Of a DNA stretch of 64,000 bases, positions 10,137 to 22,945 are shown one piece after another. The stretch lies in assembly GCA_002269645.1 (NCBI GenBank), contig NIVC01000507.1:186001-250000 (forward strand). Direction: 5' to 3'. Source of the DNA: Macrostomum lignano (Eukaryota). Every line of letters starts with the position of its first letter. Position 1 is the stretch's first letter. The notes beneath the pieces were generated by a model. The model saw only the letters and a list, made by a program, of their open reading frames with translations. It ran no database searches and was not told the origin of the DNA. A program made the position numbers and the translations under genes.

Positions 10137-13100
10137 TCACGCGGAGGCGCCGGCGGGTGCGGCGGAGGCGGCAGCGGGAGCTGCGGAATGCCCGGCCGAT
10201 TTCGCAGCCTCCTCCTCCGTGGTCGCCGCAGTCGCTCCAGCGCCATCCGCACAATTATTATTATCGACATTATTCTCGCCCTCTCCAGCGGCATCCACTC
10301 GGACATTTTCAACGTCGCTGCCACCAGCTGTGCCGCCGACGTCGCCGGAGCTGAGATTCAACGGCCAGGTCGGCGTGGCGCCCGGCGTCGCCCGGAAAAT
10401 ATGCTCGAAATGGTCGATGTTGGCTTGGCCAAAGCCGCCGCCTGCGCCGACGCCAGTTCCGACGCCTCGGGAGCGTCGGCCAGCCGGGCTGTCCGAAAAT
10501 CCGCTGAAATTCTGCATCTCTAAAATCATTTTAATAGCCGTCGGAGTGTCGTTCCTAGCGGCGGCTGCGGCGGCAGCGGCGGCGGCGGCGGCCAGCATCG
10601 GGCTGCTGCTGGGTGCCATGATGGGGGTCGACCGGGCGGCGGCAGCGACAGCCGCGGCAGCGTGAGCCATGGCAGCGTGATGGTCGAAGCAACCAGTGGA
10701 GAGGATTGGACGGAACAAATCACCAGTGGACGTCGTCGAAGGCGCGGCGTTGGCAAAGGAAGTCGACGAAGTTGTTGTCAACGCACTCGTCCGCGCAGCC
10801 ATCGAAGCCGCAACGGCCGCGGCCGCCGATACCGCTGCCGCGGCATTGACGTCGCGCTCTTTCAGCGTCCCATCGACGCCTGCGACGAGCGGTTTCGGCC
10901 GCGTCAGCGGAGGCGGCATCGAGATGGCAGCGGCGGCAGCGGCGGCTGCTGCTGCGGCGGCAGATGAAGCGGCGGGCATGCCAGAAAAATGATGCGACGC
11001 CGCAGCTGCCGCATGCGGATGCTGATGATGAGGCAACGGGAAGCCGGGAAAGCCGGTCGCGTTGCAGTGCTCCGATGGCTGAAGTGGAAGAACCAGATAA
11101 GAGATCAGAAACTTAAAAGTTTAAAAACAAAATTGAAAGACTTTAGACCAGAGCAAGAGGGGAGTTGCTGAGATGCCATGGCTCACAGGGGGAGTTGCTG
11201 AGATGCCATGGCTCACAGGGGGAGTTGCTGAGATGCCATGGCTCACAGGGGGAGTTGCTGAGACGCCATGGCTCACAGGGGGATTTGCTGAGATGCCATG
11301 GCTCACAGGTGAGATGCTGAGATGCCATGGCTCACAGGGGGATTTGCTGAGATGCCATGGCTCACAGGGGGAGTTGCTGAGATGCCATGGCTCACAGGGG
11401 GAGTTGCTGAGATGCCATGGCTCACTGGGAGAGTTGCTGATGCCATGGCTCACAGGGGGAGTTGCTGAGATGCCATGGCTCACAGGGGAAGTTGCTGAGA
11501 TGCCATGGCTCACAGGTGAGATGCTGAGATGCCATGACTCACAGGGGGAGTTGCTGAGATGCCATGGCTCACTGGGAGAGTTGCTGAGATGCCATGGCTC
11601 ACAGGGGGAGTTGCTGAGATGCCATGGCTCACAGGGGAAGTTGCTGAGATGCCATAGTTCACAGGGAAAAACTAACCATAGTGACTGTACAAGGCTTTGT
11701 AAATGTACAACCACAGTAGTTAATCGCATAATAATAATAAAGGATAATAGTTGAATACACCTGCCCCCATTGGACCAGATGTGCAACCGACAGCTTAGCC
11801 GCAGCTGTTGCGAGACGCATCTAAAGACTGCGTACGGCTGTTCTAGTGGGATCGGGAATCGAACCCCCGACCTTCAAGTCGTGAGTCCGACGCTCTAACC
11901 ACTAGGCTACACAACCCCGTAATCGCAAAAGCACAAAAATTGGTCTACCTCTATTTCTAATTTTTTAACATTAGTAACTGGCTTCAAAGAACTCGCTATC
12001 ACTTCGACTCACACTTCGGCAGAATGGCGAGCTTCTGATGCTATTGTACAGCATAGCCACCGCTTGCAGATTCATCCGCTGCTGATGCTGGAGATGATGC
12101 GACTGCTGCTGCTGCTGCTGCTGAAACTGATGAGGCATCGGGCCGCCTCGAGGCCCAGGTTGCCGATTGCTGGCGGCCGTGATCTCCGCCACCTCGTCCT
12201 CCGTGATGCTGCGATTCAACACCGACGAGGCCGGAGCCGCGGCGGCGTCGGCGTCGGCGGCCTGCGCTTCGCCGGCGCCCGCGTCATCAGCCGTCGACAC
12301 TGCTGCACCTTCCGCACAGCTGGCGGCGCTGTTCTCTCCGCTAGACGCATCCTCGCCGCCGGTGACGTCATCTTCATCGCCGGTGACGTCATCGTCGCCG
12401 CTGGCGACGTTATCGTCATCTGCGGAGGCGCTTCGACGTAGAGGCGCCCGATCGAAGCGCCGATTAGTTGTCGCCTTTGACAACTGCTGAGCCGCTGATG
12501 AAGCAGTGTGCTCGGCTGCTGAGTCTGAAAAATTGGAATGAGTTTTTTATTCAATTTTTGCTCTGATGAGCTATGATGGAAATTGTTAGAATACTTCTAT
12601 CTTCCCAAGCAACATGTATCATCTCTACTGACTTATTGCGCTTTTACTACTACTCTACCCCTACTCGCTGTCTACTCTACCCCTACTCACTTCCTACTCA
12701 CCCCTACCCACTTCCTACTCTACCCCTACCCACTTCCTACTCTACCCCTACTCACTTCCTACTCTACCTTTATTCACTTCCTACTCAACCCTTACTCACT
12801 TCCTACTCTACCCGTACTCACTTCCTACTCTACCCTTACTCACATCCTACTCTACCCCTACTTACTTTCTACTCTACCCCTACTTACTTTCTACTCTACC
12901 CCTACTCACTTCCTACTCCACCCCTACTCACTTCCTACTCTACCCCTACTCACTTCCAACTCTACCCTTACTCACTTCTTAATCTACCCCTACCCACTTC
13001 CTACTCATTTCCTACTCCACCCCTACTCGCTTAATACTCTACTTCTACTTGCTTTCCACTCTACCTCTAACTCACCAAAAAGCAGCTGTCCATCAGTCTG

Positions 13101-13663
13101 CAACTGTCGATTTCCACCATCAAAACGCCGATGATTGTCGATATGTGTTTCTACACCGCCGCTTAACTGCCTACGCCTTCGTTTTTTGGGCGGCATCAGC
13201 TGAACAGCGGCGTCAGCGTCGGCGGCGTCGGACCCGACATCGATGGGACCGCCGTCACCGCCGTCGACGCTATCAGTCGACGACACCGACATTGTTCGAC
13301 GCTTGCCAGCGCCGCCGCCGCTGTCGACCCCGGCACACAAGTAGGCAGACGACGGCATCAAATTGGCCTTTGGTGGAGAAGCTGTTTCAGGTTTGCATTG
13401 CTGCTGCTGCTGTTGTAGCGGCATCGGCAAGCTTGGCCTCAGCGACGGCGGAAGCGGCAACGGCGGCGCAAGCGGCTGCGGCGGCTGCTGATGCGGTGGT
13501 CGCCAATAGCTATTACCAGCGTCGCTACCAATTCCAGACGATCTGGCCCGGCATAAGCTATCGTAGGCGGCTAGAGTGTCCGGATAATTCTCCTTGACAA
13601 AAGCTAAGTCGTCTGTAGATAGCTGATAGCGGTCTAGAAGCATTGGCGGCAGCTCCATGTGCT
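10137..13663 (-). CDS. Three low-complexity (Ala/Gln/Pro-rich) exons 13663-13076, 12524-12013, 11078-10137 (stop); probably the 3' half of the NFI-like gene
   Basis: Junctions: ccactccag|AG; G|GTGAGT..tttttcag|AC (phase 1); AGT|GTGAGT..cacttcag|CCA (phase 0). Lengths 588, 512 and 942 keep frame. KKRRRR NLS-like motif. No recognisable folded domain. Confidence 0.78.
11158..11665. repeat. 30-bp intronic minisatellite (GGGGGAGTTGCTGAGATGCCATGGCTCACA)n
   Basis: Direct periodicity; MPWLTGGVAE repeats. Confidence 0.95.
11768..11918 (-). mobile_element. tRNA-derived SINE, internally deleted copy (head joined to tail, no CORE region)
   Basis: Minus-strand A box TAGCCTAGTGG (11909-11899) and B box GGTTCGATTCC (11865-11855); tail matches the copies at 42.8 and 53.9 kb. 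Confidence 0.8.
12640..13060. repeat. 22-bp degenerate intronic minisatellite (CTACTCTACCCCTACTCACTTC)n
   Basis: Read directly. Confidence 0.9.
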
Positions 13664-15049
13664 CTGGAGTGGATGGGCAAATTGAGCAGGGATGAGCGCA
13701 AAACTAAGTACGCGTAGATGATGGCTGTCTTCAAGCCGAAGACTTCCAAAGATTGCTATTCATTTTTATGAAATCTAAGGGCGAGTTCTATAAATCGAGT
13801 CTTTACATGGTTATCAACAATGACCAAATAATAATCAACTGTGTATAAGACTGACTCATACTGATCCCTGTCTGAACATAGGTCTCTCAGCAAATCTAGC
13901 TCATATGATGTACAGTCAAGTCTTCGTACAGAGAAAAGTCTATCTTTCTTCCCAGCTTGGAGATCCTTTGTTTAGCAGGGCAGCGATAGTCTATGGCCAG
14001 CCCTGCAGACTAACTCTGACCAACCGCCTTGATTTTTCTAAAGCTATCTATCTCAGATATTATCTTAAGACTTGATCATTGTGGCTGAGTATTAGAGCGC
14101 ATTGTCAAGGAATTGTCAATCAATTACTAACAGTTAATGACAACACAGTCGGCTAGCTCCTTTTTCTTACCGCACGTAGAAAAAGCATCGATTAAGCACT
14201 AATGATTAGAAGCCACTCCAATCCCAATGCCCCAATCGAAGCCTTGCAACAATGTCAAGCCGTCAAGTGGCTCCCTCATCCACTCTATAGGCACAAAACT
14301 TGTCGGCAAAGATAAAAAGAAGAATCTATGATTTATGATTATGATTATGCAAGCCATCAACTAGTTAACGCTCTACAAGATGACGACTTCTTGGCTTACT
14401 AATGGCAAAGCGCAATAAAAATCAAGATAATAAACCGACCCTCTACCTCCGCTGAGCCAAAAACAATGAATGAAAGAAGCCTTCTAAAAGTTGTGCCACT
14501 TCATCAATACGAAGGCGACGTTGACGCCACCTGATCCGCCATGGCTTCTCTTGGCTGACTATTAAGGAAGCAAAGCACATGTAAGCACACGCAGAGTCCA
14601 ATTAGCATTTTCATAGCCTAACCGCCCAACCCTATTATTATGCTTTTCCATCCGAAAAATTCTCCAATGCAATCGCGTGCCATAAAGGGAGTTCAATGGG
14701 CTCAAAATTGCAACGAGACTGCGAGGAGGGAGGAGAGCGTGATTGGAGGTTAGAACAAAAGAGGTTACGAGGGGTTAAGAGCCTCGAGGTTGAGAGGAAG
14801 CATTGTGTCGCCAAAAAAACCTATACCTGCCATGCCACGTGCGGACGCGCGTAGGTTTCCTTCTCTTCTATCTTCTATACAGCTATAGCCATTCGTGTAC
14901 ATAAGCCTAGGTTAATGATTATAAATATTATACTGGTGAGCTTAGCTTATTGCACTATTTGATTTATACACACTGACAAACTTTAAAAAATCTCAACTAC
15001 ATGTAGAAAAAATAGAGCCCTTGCCTTCTGAAATTTCAACAATTTGCAA

Positions 15050-15370
15050 CTTTGCCACTCCGAAACTTCGCCACGCCGAAACTTCAACACTCCGAACTTG
15101 GCCACTCCGAAACTTCAACACTCCGAAACTTCAACACTCCGAACTTGGCCACTCCGAAACTTCAACACTCCGAACTTGGCCACTCCGAAACTTCAACACT
15201 CCGAAACTTCAACACTCCGAACTTGGCCACTCCAAAACTTCAACACTCCGAACTTGGCCACTCCGAAACTTCAACACTCCGAAACTTCAACACTCCGAAC
15301 TTGGCCACTCCAAAACTTCAACACTCCGAACTTGGCCACTTCAAGATCAAGTTAAGTGTTCAACACTCCG
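15050..15370. repeat. Composite 16/15-bp repeat (CTCCGAAACTTCAACA / CTCCGAACTTGGCCA)
   Basis: Alternating units read directly. Confidence 0.88.
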
Positions 15371-16191
15371 AAACTTTGTCAATCAGAAACTCTTATCAGC
15401 CCGAGACTTCTCCATCCCGAAAATTTTCAACCCAGAAATCTTATATATTTGAATCATTTAATTTAAAGCAACGCGAAACTTCACATTCAGATTTTATTGT
15501 TTCTTTTTCTATTTTGAAATAGTCCTGCTACACTTTTCGATTTCGACCGACTGACATGTTTAGTGAACAGGCTTTGTGCGAATAAAAGCTTCTAAAGCTT
15601 CTAAAAGACTCAGAGTCTCAGAGTCGCAGAGAGACGGGGAAATGGAAATCAAGAAATATGAACAGGATGGGAGAACCGCTGTCATTGGACGCTGGCACCG
15701 CCGCCCCCAGCCTTCCCCCCTCCTCCTCGGGCTCCGCCCCTGATGTCCCACCCACCCCTAAAAGCTTTAAAACACCCACTCACTCTTATATCGCTTTAAA
15801 CAACTTCACCAGAGTGAATTAATGAAAATCTAAAAAACCTACATTTACCGCTAAAATAAAATAATCATTTCGGTGATTTGTGATGCTTCGACTTGTAATA
15901 GCAAACTAATTCGCCATGCTGCGCGATTATTTTTCTTATCTATTCTAGATTTTCTCTTAGATATGCTACGCTGTTTAAATTCTTATCTTATCTAATATAC
16001 ATTGGACAATTATTGATCTCCCTTTTCCAGTGCAATCTAAGCAATAAACGATTCAGTAAAATTAAAATAAAATTAACCCAACCTAATTAACCTAAATTAA
16101 CCTAAAAATTACTGGCCTAGCCCGCCTTAACTACATTGCTGAGACAATTCCGACTATTCCGCTGACTCCTGGGCACACACAAGCCCGCGCC

Positions 16192-17320
16192 CAGTGGTGG
16201 GAGTGAGGAGTGCCCATTTTTTTCGCGCCTACGATTTTTTTTCGCGCCGCAAGTTTTTTGTGTCAATCTTTTTTGCCATACATTGACTATATAATGTTCA
16301 AAAGAGTAACTCTGATTGAAAAAAACGATTGTTGTGTTGTTGCAACAGCTTGACTATAATTTAACATCGTAGTTGTAGACAATAGTGCGCCACTCGCACT
16401 CGTGGGTCTCGTGTATTGCATTTTATTAGGTCTTACAAATGAATTATTTAAATGAAAGTTATTGAATTGCTAAAGATTAAATTCGAAATAATAGTAACTT
16501 GCATTTGTTATAATTCAAGCTAGACTAAATCTAATATATGAAATCGAAAGCTCTATACGAGAGCGTATCTAACTTTGGAAGATGTAATTTTAAGCAAGTA
16601 AAAGGCAACTAACATAGCATTAGCCTAAAAAAACGTTACGACTAATTGTTCAATATTGTCATTGTCACGCTGTTGTTATCCAGAGCGGAACTTTTTCTGT
16701 TGAACGCTTTCTGGCAGAGGGTTCGACAATGACTGCTCAATAGCTCGACGCTTGAGCACCGTCTCAGTGATTTTCTCGGCCTGTTTCAGCTTCTTCTTCT
16801 GCAGCTTGTCTTGTCTGTGTCGCAGGTCGTCCAGCTCACGATCTCGGTCCTCCTTCGCCTTAGTCATTTCCAGCAACAGCTTCTGAGCGTCATCCCTCTG
16901 CTTCTGCTTCTTCTTTATCTGCTCGTTAGTCTCCAGAACAGAATTTTCTAAGTCTGTGAATGTCTTGCTTGCGCTTTTCTCGTTTCGAATTTCGGAGAGG
17001 ACACTCTTCTCGAGCTCTTCCCTCTTCTTGCGCTCCTCTTCTTGCTTCTCTTCTTCCAGCCGTCGGCGGTACGCAGCATAGGCGCTGTTGCACAGGTTCT
17101 GCAACCTAAGCGAGACTGGTAGCGTAGCAGCTGTCCAACATTTAGCAGCAAGGCAAGAGCGTGCGACGACTAGTGCCTTAATGGTGTGCGCTCCAAGACT
17201 GGATATATTTTTCGCGCATTGAGCATAAAAAAATCGCGCCTTGCCTCAGAAATCAAGCATTCGCGCCATTAATCCCGAAATTCGCGCCAGGCGCGAATTC
17301 GCGCCTCACTCCCACCACTG
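16192..17320. mobile_element. Non-autonomous hAT-type DNA transposon (1129 bp)
   Basis: Perfect 17-bp TIR CAGTGGTGGGAGTGAGG; 8-bp TSD CCCGCGCC (16184-16191 and 17321-17328); TTCGCGCC subterminal repeats; residual minus-strand ORF at 16676-17104. Confidence 0.9.
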
Positions 17321-17333
17321 CCCGCGCCAATAC

Positions 17334-18582
17334 GGGGGGTTTCACTAGGCCGAAATTTCACTTTGCCGAAAGCATCTTCCTTCACAAGGCCGAAACTTCA
17401 TTAGGCCGAAACTTCACTTTGCCGAAAAATCATTTTAGCAGGCTCTTTCACTAGGCCGAAACTTCATTAGGCCGAAACTTCATTAGGCCGAAACTTCATT
17501 AGGCCGAAACTTCATTAGGCCGAAACTTCATTAGGCCGAAACTTCATTAGGCCGAAACTTCACTTTGCCGAAATGACTAGCATGCTCTTTCATATGGCCG
17601 AAACTTCACTAGGCCGAAACTTCACTTTGCCGAAAAATCATTTTAGCAGCCTCTTTCACTAGGCCGAAACTTCATTAGGCCGAAACTTCATTAGGCCGAA
17701 ACTTCATTAGGCCGAAACTTCATTAGGCCGAAACTTCATTAGGCCGAAACTTCATTAGGCCGAAACTTCATTAGGCCGAAACTTCACTTTGCCGAAATGA
17801 CTAGCATGCTCTTTCATAAGGCCAAAACTTCACTAGGCCGAAACTTCACTTTGCCGAAAAATCATTTTAGCAGCCTCTTTCACTAGGCCGAAACTTCACA
17901 ATGCCGAAAAATCATTTTAGCAGCCTCTTTCACTAGGCCGCAACTTCACTTTGCCGAAATGACTAGCATGCTCTTTCATAAGGCCGAAACTTCATTAGGC
18001 CGAAAAATCATATTAGCAGCCTCTTTCACTAGGCCGAAACTTCACTAGGCCGAAAAATCATTTTAGCAGCATCCTTCTTACTAATGGTCGAAAGGGTATG
18101 TGCACTTTAAGACTGCTAAGGCTGCTAAAATGATTTTTCGGCAAAGTGAAGTTTCGGTCTAGTGAAAGAGGCTGCTAAAATGATTTTTCGGCAAAGTGAA
18201 GTTTCGGCCTAGTGAAAGAGGCTGCTAAGATGATTTTTCGGCCTAATGAAGTTTCGGCCTTATGAAAGAGCATGCTAGTCATTTCGGCAAAGTGAAGTTT
18301 CGGCAAAGTGAAGTTTCGGCCTAGTGAAGTTTCGGCCATATGAAAGAGCATGCTAGTCATTTCGGCAAAGTGAAGTTTCGGCCTAGTGAAGTTTCGGCCT
18401 AGTGAAAGAGGCTGCTAAAATGATTTTTCGGCAAAGTGAAGTTTCGGCCTAGTGAAGTTTCGGCCATATGAAAGAGCATGCTAGTCATTTCGGCAAAGTG
18501 AAGTTTCGGCCTAATGAAGTTTCGGCCTAGTGAAAGAGGCTGCTTTTCGGCGAAGTGAAATTTCGGCCTAATGAAAGCGCCC
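17334..18582. mobile_element. Foldback/MULE-like element with long modular inverted arms (1249 bp)
   Basis: Left arm 17334-18070 and right arm 18121-18582 are inverted and built from 16-bp AAACTTCATTAGGCCG and longer modules; ~50-bp spacer; 9-bp TSD CGCCAATAC (17325-17333 and 18583-18591). Confidence 0.85.
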
Positions 18583-19984
18583 CGCCAATACTGTACACAG
18601 ACACGCACTCATACACACGCTCACACAGGGTCTTACAGCGGCCCTGACTAGAACTGACTTTCTAATCGTCAGGCATGTACACTCTCTGTGCTTTGTGGTC
18701 GGCCCCTCATGGGTGTGAATCGGAAGAAATGTCCCAATTAAGCCACAGAATCGCAGCAGCTCAGCCTTGAGCATTGATACTGGAATCTGGTACAAATCGG
18801 ATGTGGTCATTTTTTTATTTTTAACTCAACAACTTCCAAAAATCCTCAGTGAAAAACTGGGTGGTGACTGACTGGTGGGTGCCAGCCAGATTGGAGGCCG
18901 AGCGAACAGCCTGCAGACAGGTGGGGGAACAATGAGCGAGGTGATGGGCGGAGGCAGTGCCTAATTAAGAAAATTGCCCTCCCCTCCCCTTGCCCTGCCT
19001 ACACCCCAGCCACTCATCGGTCGTCAACTAATCATCGCCCCCAAGTTCAAGCTCATCAACCGCGAGGTCAGGAAAGCGGCGCCACTTATAGCTATACTGT
19101 TCACGTCAGTCACACACACTTGCTTACACACGAGGTTTTACTGTAGGCATTAACTTAGCCTTCTTGGGTATAGCCAATTCTGTGCCAAATATGCCTTGCA
19201 AAAATACCAGCCTTGGACAAGATCACGATTTTGCATACAAATCCATAGATAATTTGCGTCTGCAGTAGCTGGAATACTATAGAGAGTAAAAGCGTCAACT
19301 TGCCGAGGATTCCAAAATGGATTGAAAATCCGATTGGGAAGATCCAATCCCTTTTACCCCCCAGTCTCAAACTAATTCCACCTCTCGCATCCAAAAAGAT
19401 GGGAAATTAATCCTTTGACGGCTTATTTAATAATTATCGTGTAATGTGTAAAGCTGGGCGGAGACGGTGCCGCACCTGGTGGAGCAGCAGGATTAGGCCA
19501 GGTGAAAGATAGTCGAATTAGCTAATAGGCTTGGCGATGGGATAAAAAAATGAGGATGAGGATGTGCTTGCAAGCGAGCGAGCGAGCGAAGTCGAAAAGT
19601 CAAATTCATCTGACTGACACTCGAGAAGATGGATAAAGATGGGGCTGAATTTTTGAGTCGCGCCCGCGTGCCTGACTAGATAATATTGGGAGAATTAGAG
19701 AGAATTATTATCTAGAATTGACAACTCTCGGGAGAGAAGGTTTGAGTTGAGCTGCAATGACGCTCTCGGTGGTGCCACACAGACTGTCAAAATTGAGAAA
19801 AATGTGCATGCTTTGCAGGTCTTGACTTTCTATCACCTGTCATGGCAGAGGTTAGCAAATTAATGAATAGAGACGCGACAAGTGAGTACTAGCATACTAG
19901 AATGTGAAAATAATGTAACAACTGTGTCTGAATGTATTTTTGAGTCTGTCTGTATGCCGTTTTGAGACTGTGTCTGTATTTTTG

Positions 19985-22945
19985 AGTCTGCGTCTGTTAT
20001 GTCTATATTGAGTCTGTGTCTGCAAGTCTTTTTAAGTCCGTGTCTGTATGTCTTTTTTGAATCTGTGTCTGCAAGTCTTTTTAAGTCCGTGTCTGTATGT
20101 CTTTTTTGAATCTGTGTCTGCATGTATTTTTGAGTTTGTGTCTGCATGTATTTTTGAGTGTTTGTGTCTGCATGTCTTTTTGAGTTTGTGTCTGCATGTC
20201 TTTTTGAGTGTTTGTGTCTGCATGTCTTTTTGAGTTTGTGTCTGCATGTATTTTTGAGTGTTTGTGTCTGCATGTCTTTTTGAGTTTGTGTCTGCATGTC
20301 TTTTTGAGTGTTTGTGTCTGCATGTCTTTTTGAGTTTGTGTCTGCATGTCTTTTTGAGTGTTTGTGTCTGCATGTCTTTTTGAGTTTGTGTCTGCATGTC
20401 TTTTTGAGTTTGTGTCTGCATGTCTTTTTGAGTGTTTATGTCTGCATTTATTTTTTGTTTGTGTCTGCATGTCTTTTTGAGTTTGTGTCTGCATGTCTTT
20501 TTGAGTGTTTATGTCTGCATTTATTTTTTGTTTGTGTCTGCATGTCTTTTTGAGTTTGTGTCTGCATGTCTTTTTGAGTGTTTGTGTCTGCATTTATTTT
20601 TTGTTTGTGTCTGCATGTCTTTTTGAGTTTATGTCTGCATTTATTTTTTGTTTGTGTCTGCATGTCTTTTTGAGTTTGTGTCTGCATGTATTTTTGAGTT
20701 TGTGTCTGCATGTCTTTTTGAGTTTGTGTCTGCATGTCTTTTTGAGTGTTTGTGTCTGCATGTATTTTTGAGTGTTTGTGTCTGCATGTATTTTTGAGTG
20801 TTTGTGTCTGCATGTCTTTTTGAGTGTTTGTGTCTGCATGTATTTTTGAGTGTTTGTGTCTGCATGTCTTTTTGAGTGTTTGTGTCTGCATGTCTTTTTG
20901 AGTTTGTGTCTGCATGTATTTTTGAGTGTTTATGTCTGCATTTATTTTTTGTTTGTGTCTGCATGTCTTTTTTGAGTTTGTGTCTGCATGTATTTTTGAG
21001 TGTTTGTGTCTGCATGTCTTTTTGAGTTTGTGTCTGCATGTATTTTTGAGTGTTTGTGTCTGCATGTATTTTTGAGTGTTTGTGTCTGCATGTCTTTTTG
21101 AGTTTGTGTCTGCATGTATTTTTGAGTGTTTGTGTCTGCATGTCTTTTTGAGTTTGTGTCTGCATGTCTTTTTGAGTGTTTGTGTCTGCATGTCTTTATG
21201 AGTTGGACTCTGCATGTATTTTTGAGTGTTTGTGTCTGCATGTCTTTTTGAGTTTGTGTCTGCATGTCTTTTTTAGTTTGTGTCTGCATGTCTTTTTTAG
21301 TTTGTGTCTGCATGTCTTTTTTAGTTTGTGTCTGCATGTCTTTTTGAGTTTGTGTCTGCATGTATTTTTGAGTGTTTGTGTCTGCATGTCTTTATGAGTT
21401 TGTGTCTGCATGTATTTTTGAGTGTTTGTGTCTGCATGTCTTTTTGAGTTTGTGTCTGCATGTCTTTTTTAGTTTGTGTCTGCATGTCTTTTTTAGTTTG
21501 TGTCTGCATGTCTTTTTTAGTTTGTGTCTGCATGTCTTTTTTAGTTTGTGTCTGCATGTCTTTTTTGAGTTTGTGTCTGCATGTATTTTTTGAGTTTGTG
21601 TCTGCATGTATTTTTGAGTTTGTGTCTGCATGTATTTTTGAGTTTGTGTCTGCATGTATTTTTGAGTTTGTGTCTGCATGTCTTTTTTGAGTTTGTGTCT
21701 GCATGTATTTTTGAGTTTGTGTCTGCATGTATTTTTTGAGTTTGTGTCTGCATGTCTTTTTTTTGTTTGTGTCTGCATGTCTTTTTGAGTTTGTGTCTGC
21801 ATGTCTTTTTTTTGTTTGTGTCTGCATGTCTTTTTGAGTTTGTGTCTGCATGTCTTTTTTAGTTTGTGTCTGCATGTCTTTTTTGAGTTTGTGTCTGCAT
21901 GTATTTTTTGAGTTTGTGTCTGCATGTCTTTTTGAGTGTTTGTGTCTGCATGTATTTTTTGAGTGTTTGTGTCTGCATGTATTTTTGAGTGTTTGTGTCT
22001 GCATGTATTTTTGAGTGTTTGTGTCTGCATGTCTTTTTGAGTGTTTGTGTCTGCATGTATTTTTGAGTGTTTGTGTCTGCATGTCTTTTTGAGTGTTTGT
22101 GTCTGCATGTCTTTTTGAGTGTTTGTGTCTGCATTTATTTTTTGTTTGTGTCTGCATGTCTTTTTGAGTGTTTGTGTCTGCATGTATTTTTGAGTTTATG
22201 TCTGCATGTCTTTTTGAGTGTTTGTGTCTGCATGTCTTTTTGAGTGTTTGAGTCTGCATTTATTTTTTGTTTGTGTCTGCATGTCTTTTTGAGTGTTTGT
22301 GTCTGCATGTATTTTTTGAGTGTTTGTGTCTGCATGTCTTTTTGAGTGTTTGTGTCTGCATGTATTTTTTGAGTTTGTGTCTGCATGTATTTTTGAGTGT
22401 TTGCGTCTGCATGTATTTTTGAGTGTTTGTGTCTGCATGTCTTTTTTGAGTTTGTGTCTGCATGTATTTTTTTAGTTTGTGTCTGCATTTATTTTTTTAG
22501 TTTGTGTCTGCATGTATTTTTTTAGTTTGTGTCTGCATGTATTTTTTTAGTTTGTGTCTGCATGTATTTTTTGAGTTTGTGTCTGCATGTATTTTTGAGT
22601 TTGTGTCTGCATGTATTTTTGAGTGTTTGTGTCTGCATGTATTTTTGAGTGTTTGTGTCTGCATGTATTTTTGAGTGTTTGTGTCTGCATGTATTTTTGA
22701 GTGTTTGTGTGTGCATGTATTTTTGAGTGTTTGTGTCTGCATGTCTTTTTTGAGTTTGTGTCTGCATGTATTTTTTGAGATTGTGTCTGCATGTATTTTT
22801 GAGTGTTTGTGTCTGCATGTCTTTTTTGAGTTTGTGTCTGCATGTATTTTTTTAGTTTGTGTCTGCATGTATTTTTTTAGTTTGTGTCTGCATTTATTTT
22901 TTTAGTTTGTGTCTGCATGTATTTTTTTAGTTTGTGTCTGCATGT
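19985..22945. repeat. ~3-kb 24-26-bp satellite (GAG(TG)TTTGTGTCTGCATGT(C/A)TTTTT)n
   Basis: Direct periodicity; source of the many MQTQTQKD ORFs. Confidence 0.96.

Noticed and set aside
11840-11918. Functional tRNA gene
   Set aside because: A and B boxes are present, but the acceptor and anticodon stems do not pair and the sequence continues into a tail shared with two SINE copies.
10130-13597. Plus-strand ORFs overlapping the GC-rich exons (similar cases at 36.3-36.8 and 59.0-59.6 kb)
   Set aside because: These are antisense or alternative-frame shadows of GC-rich low-complexity coding DNA, with no splice or motif support.
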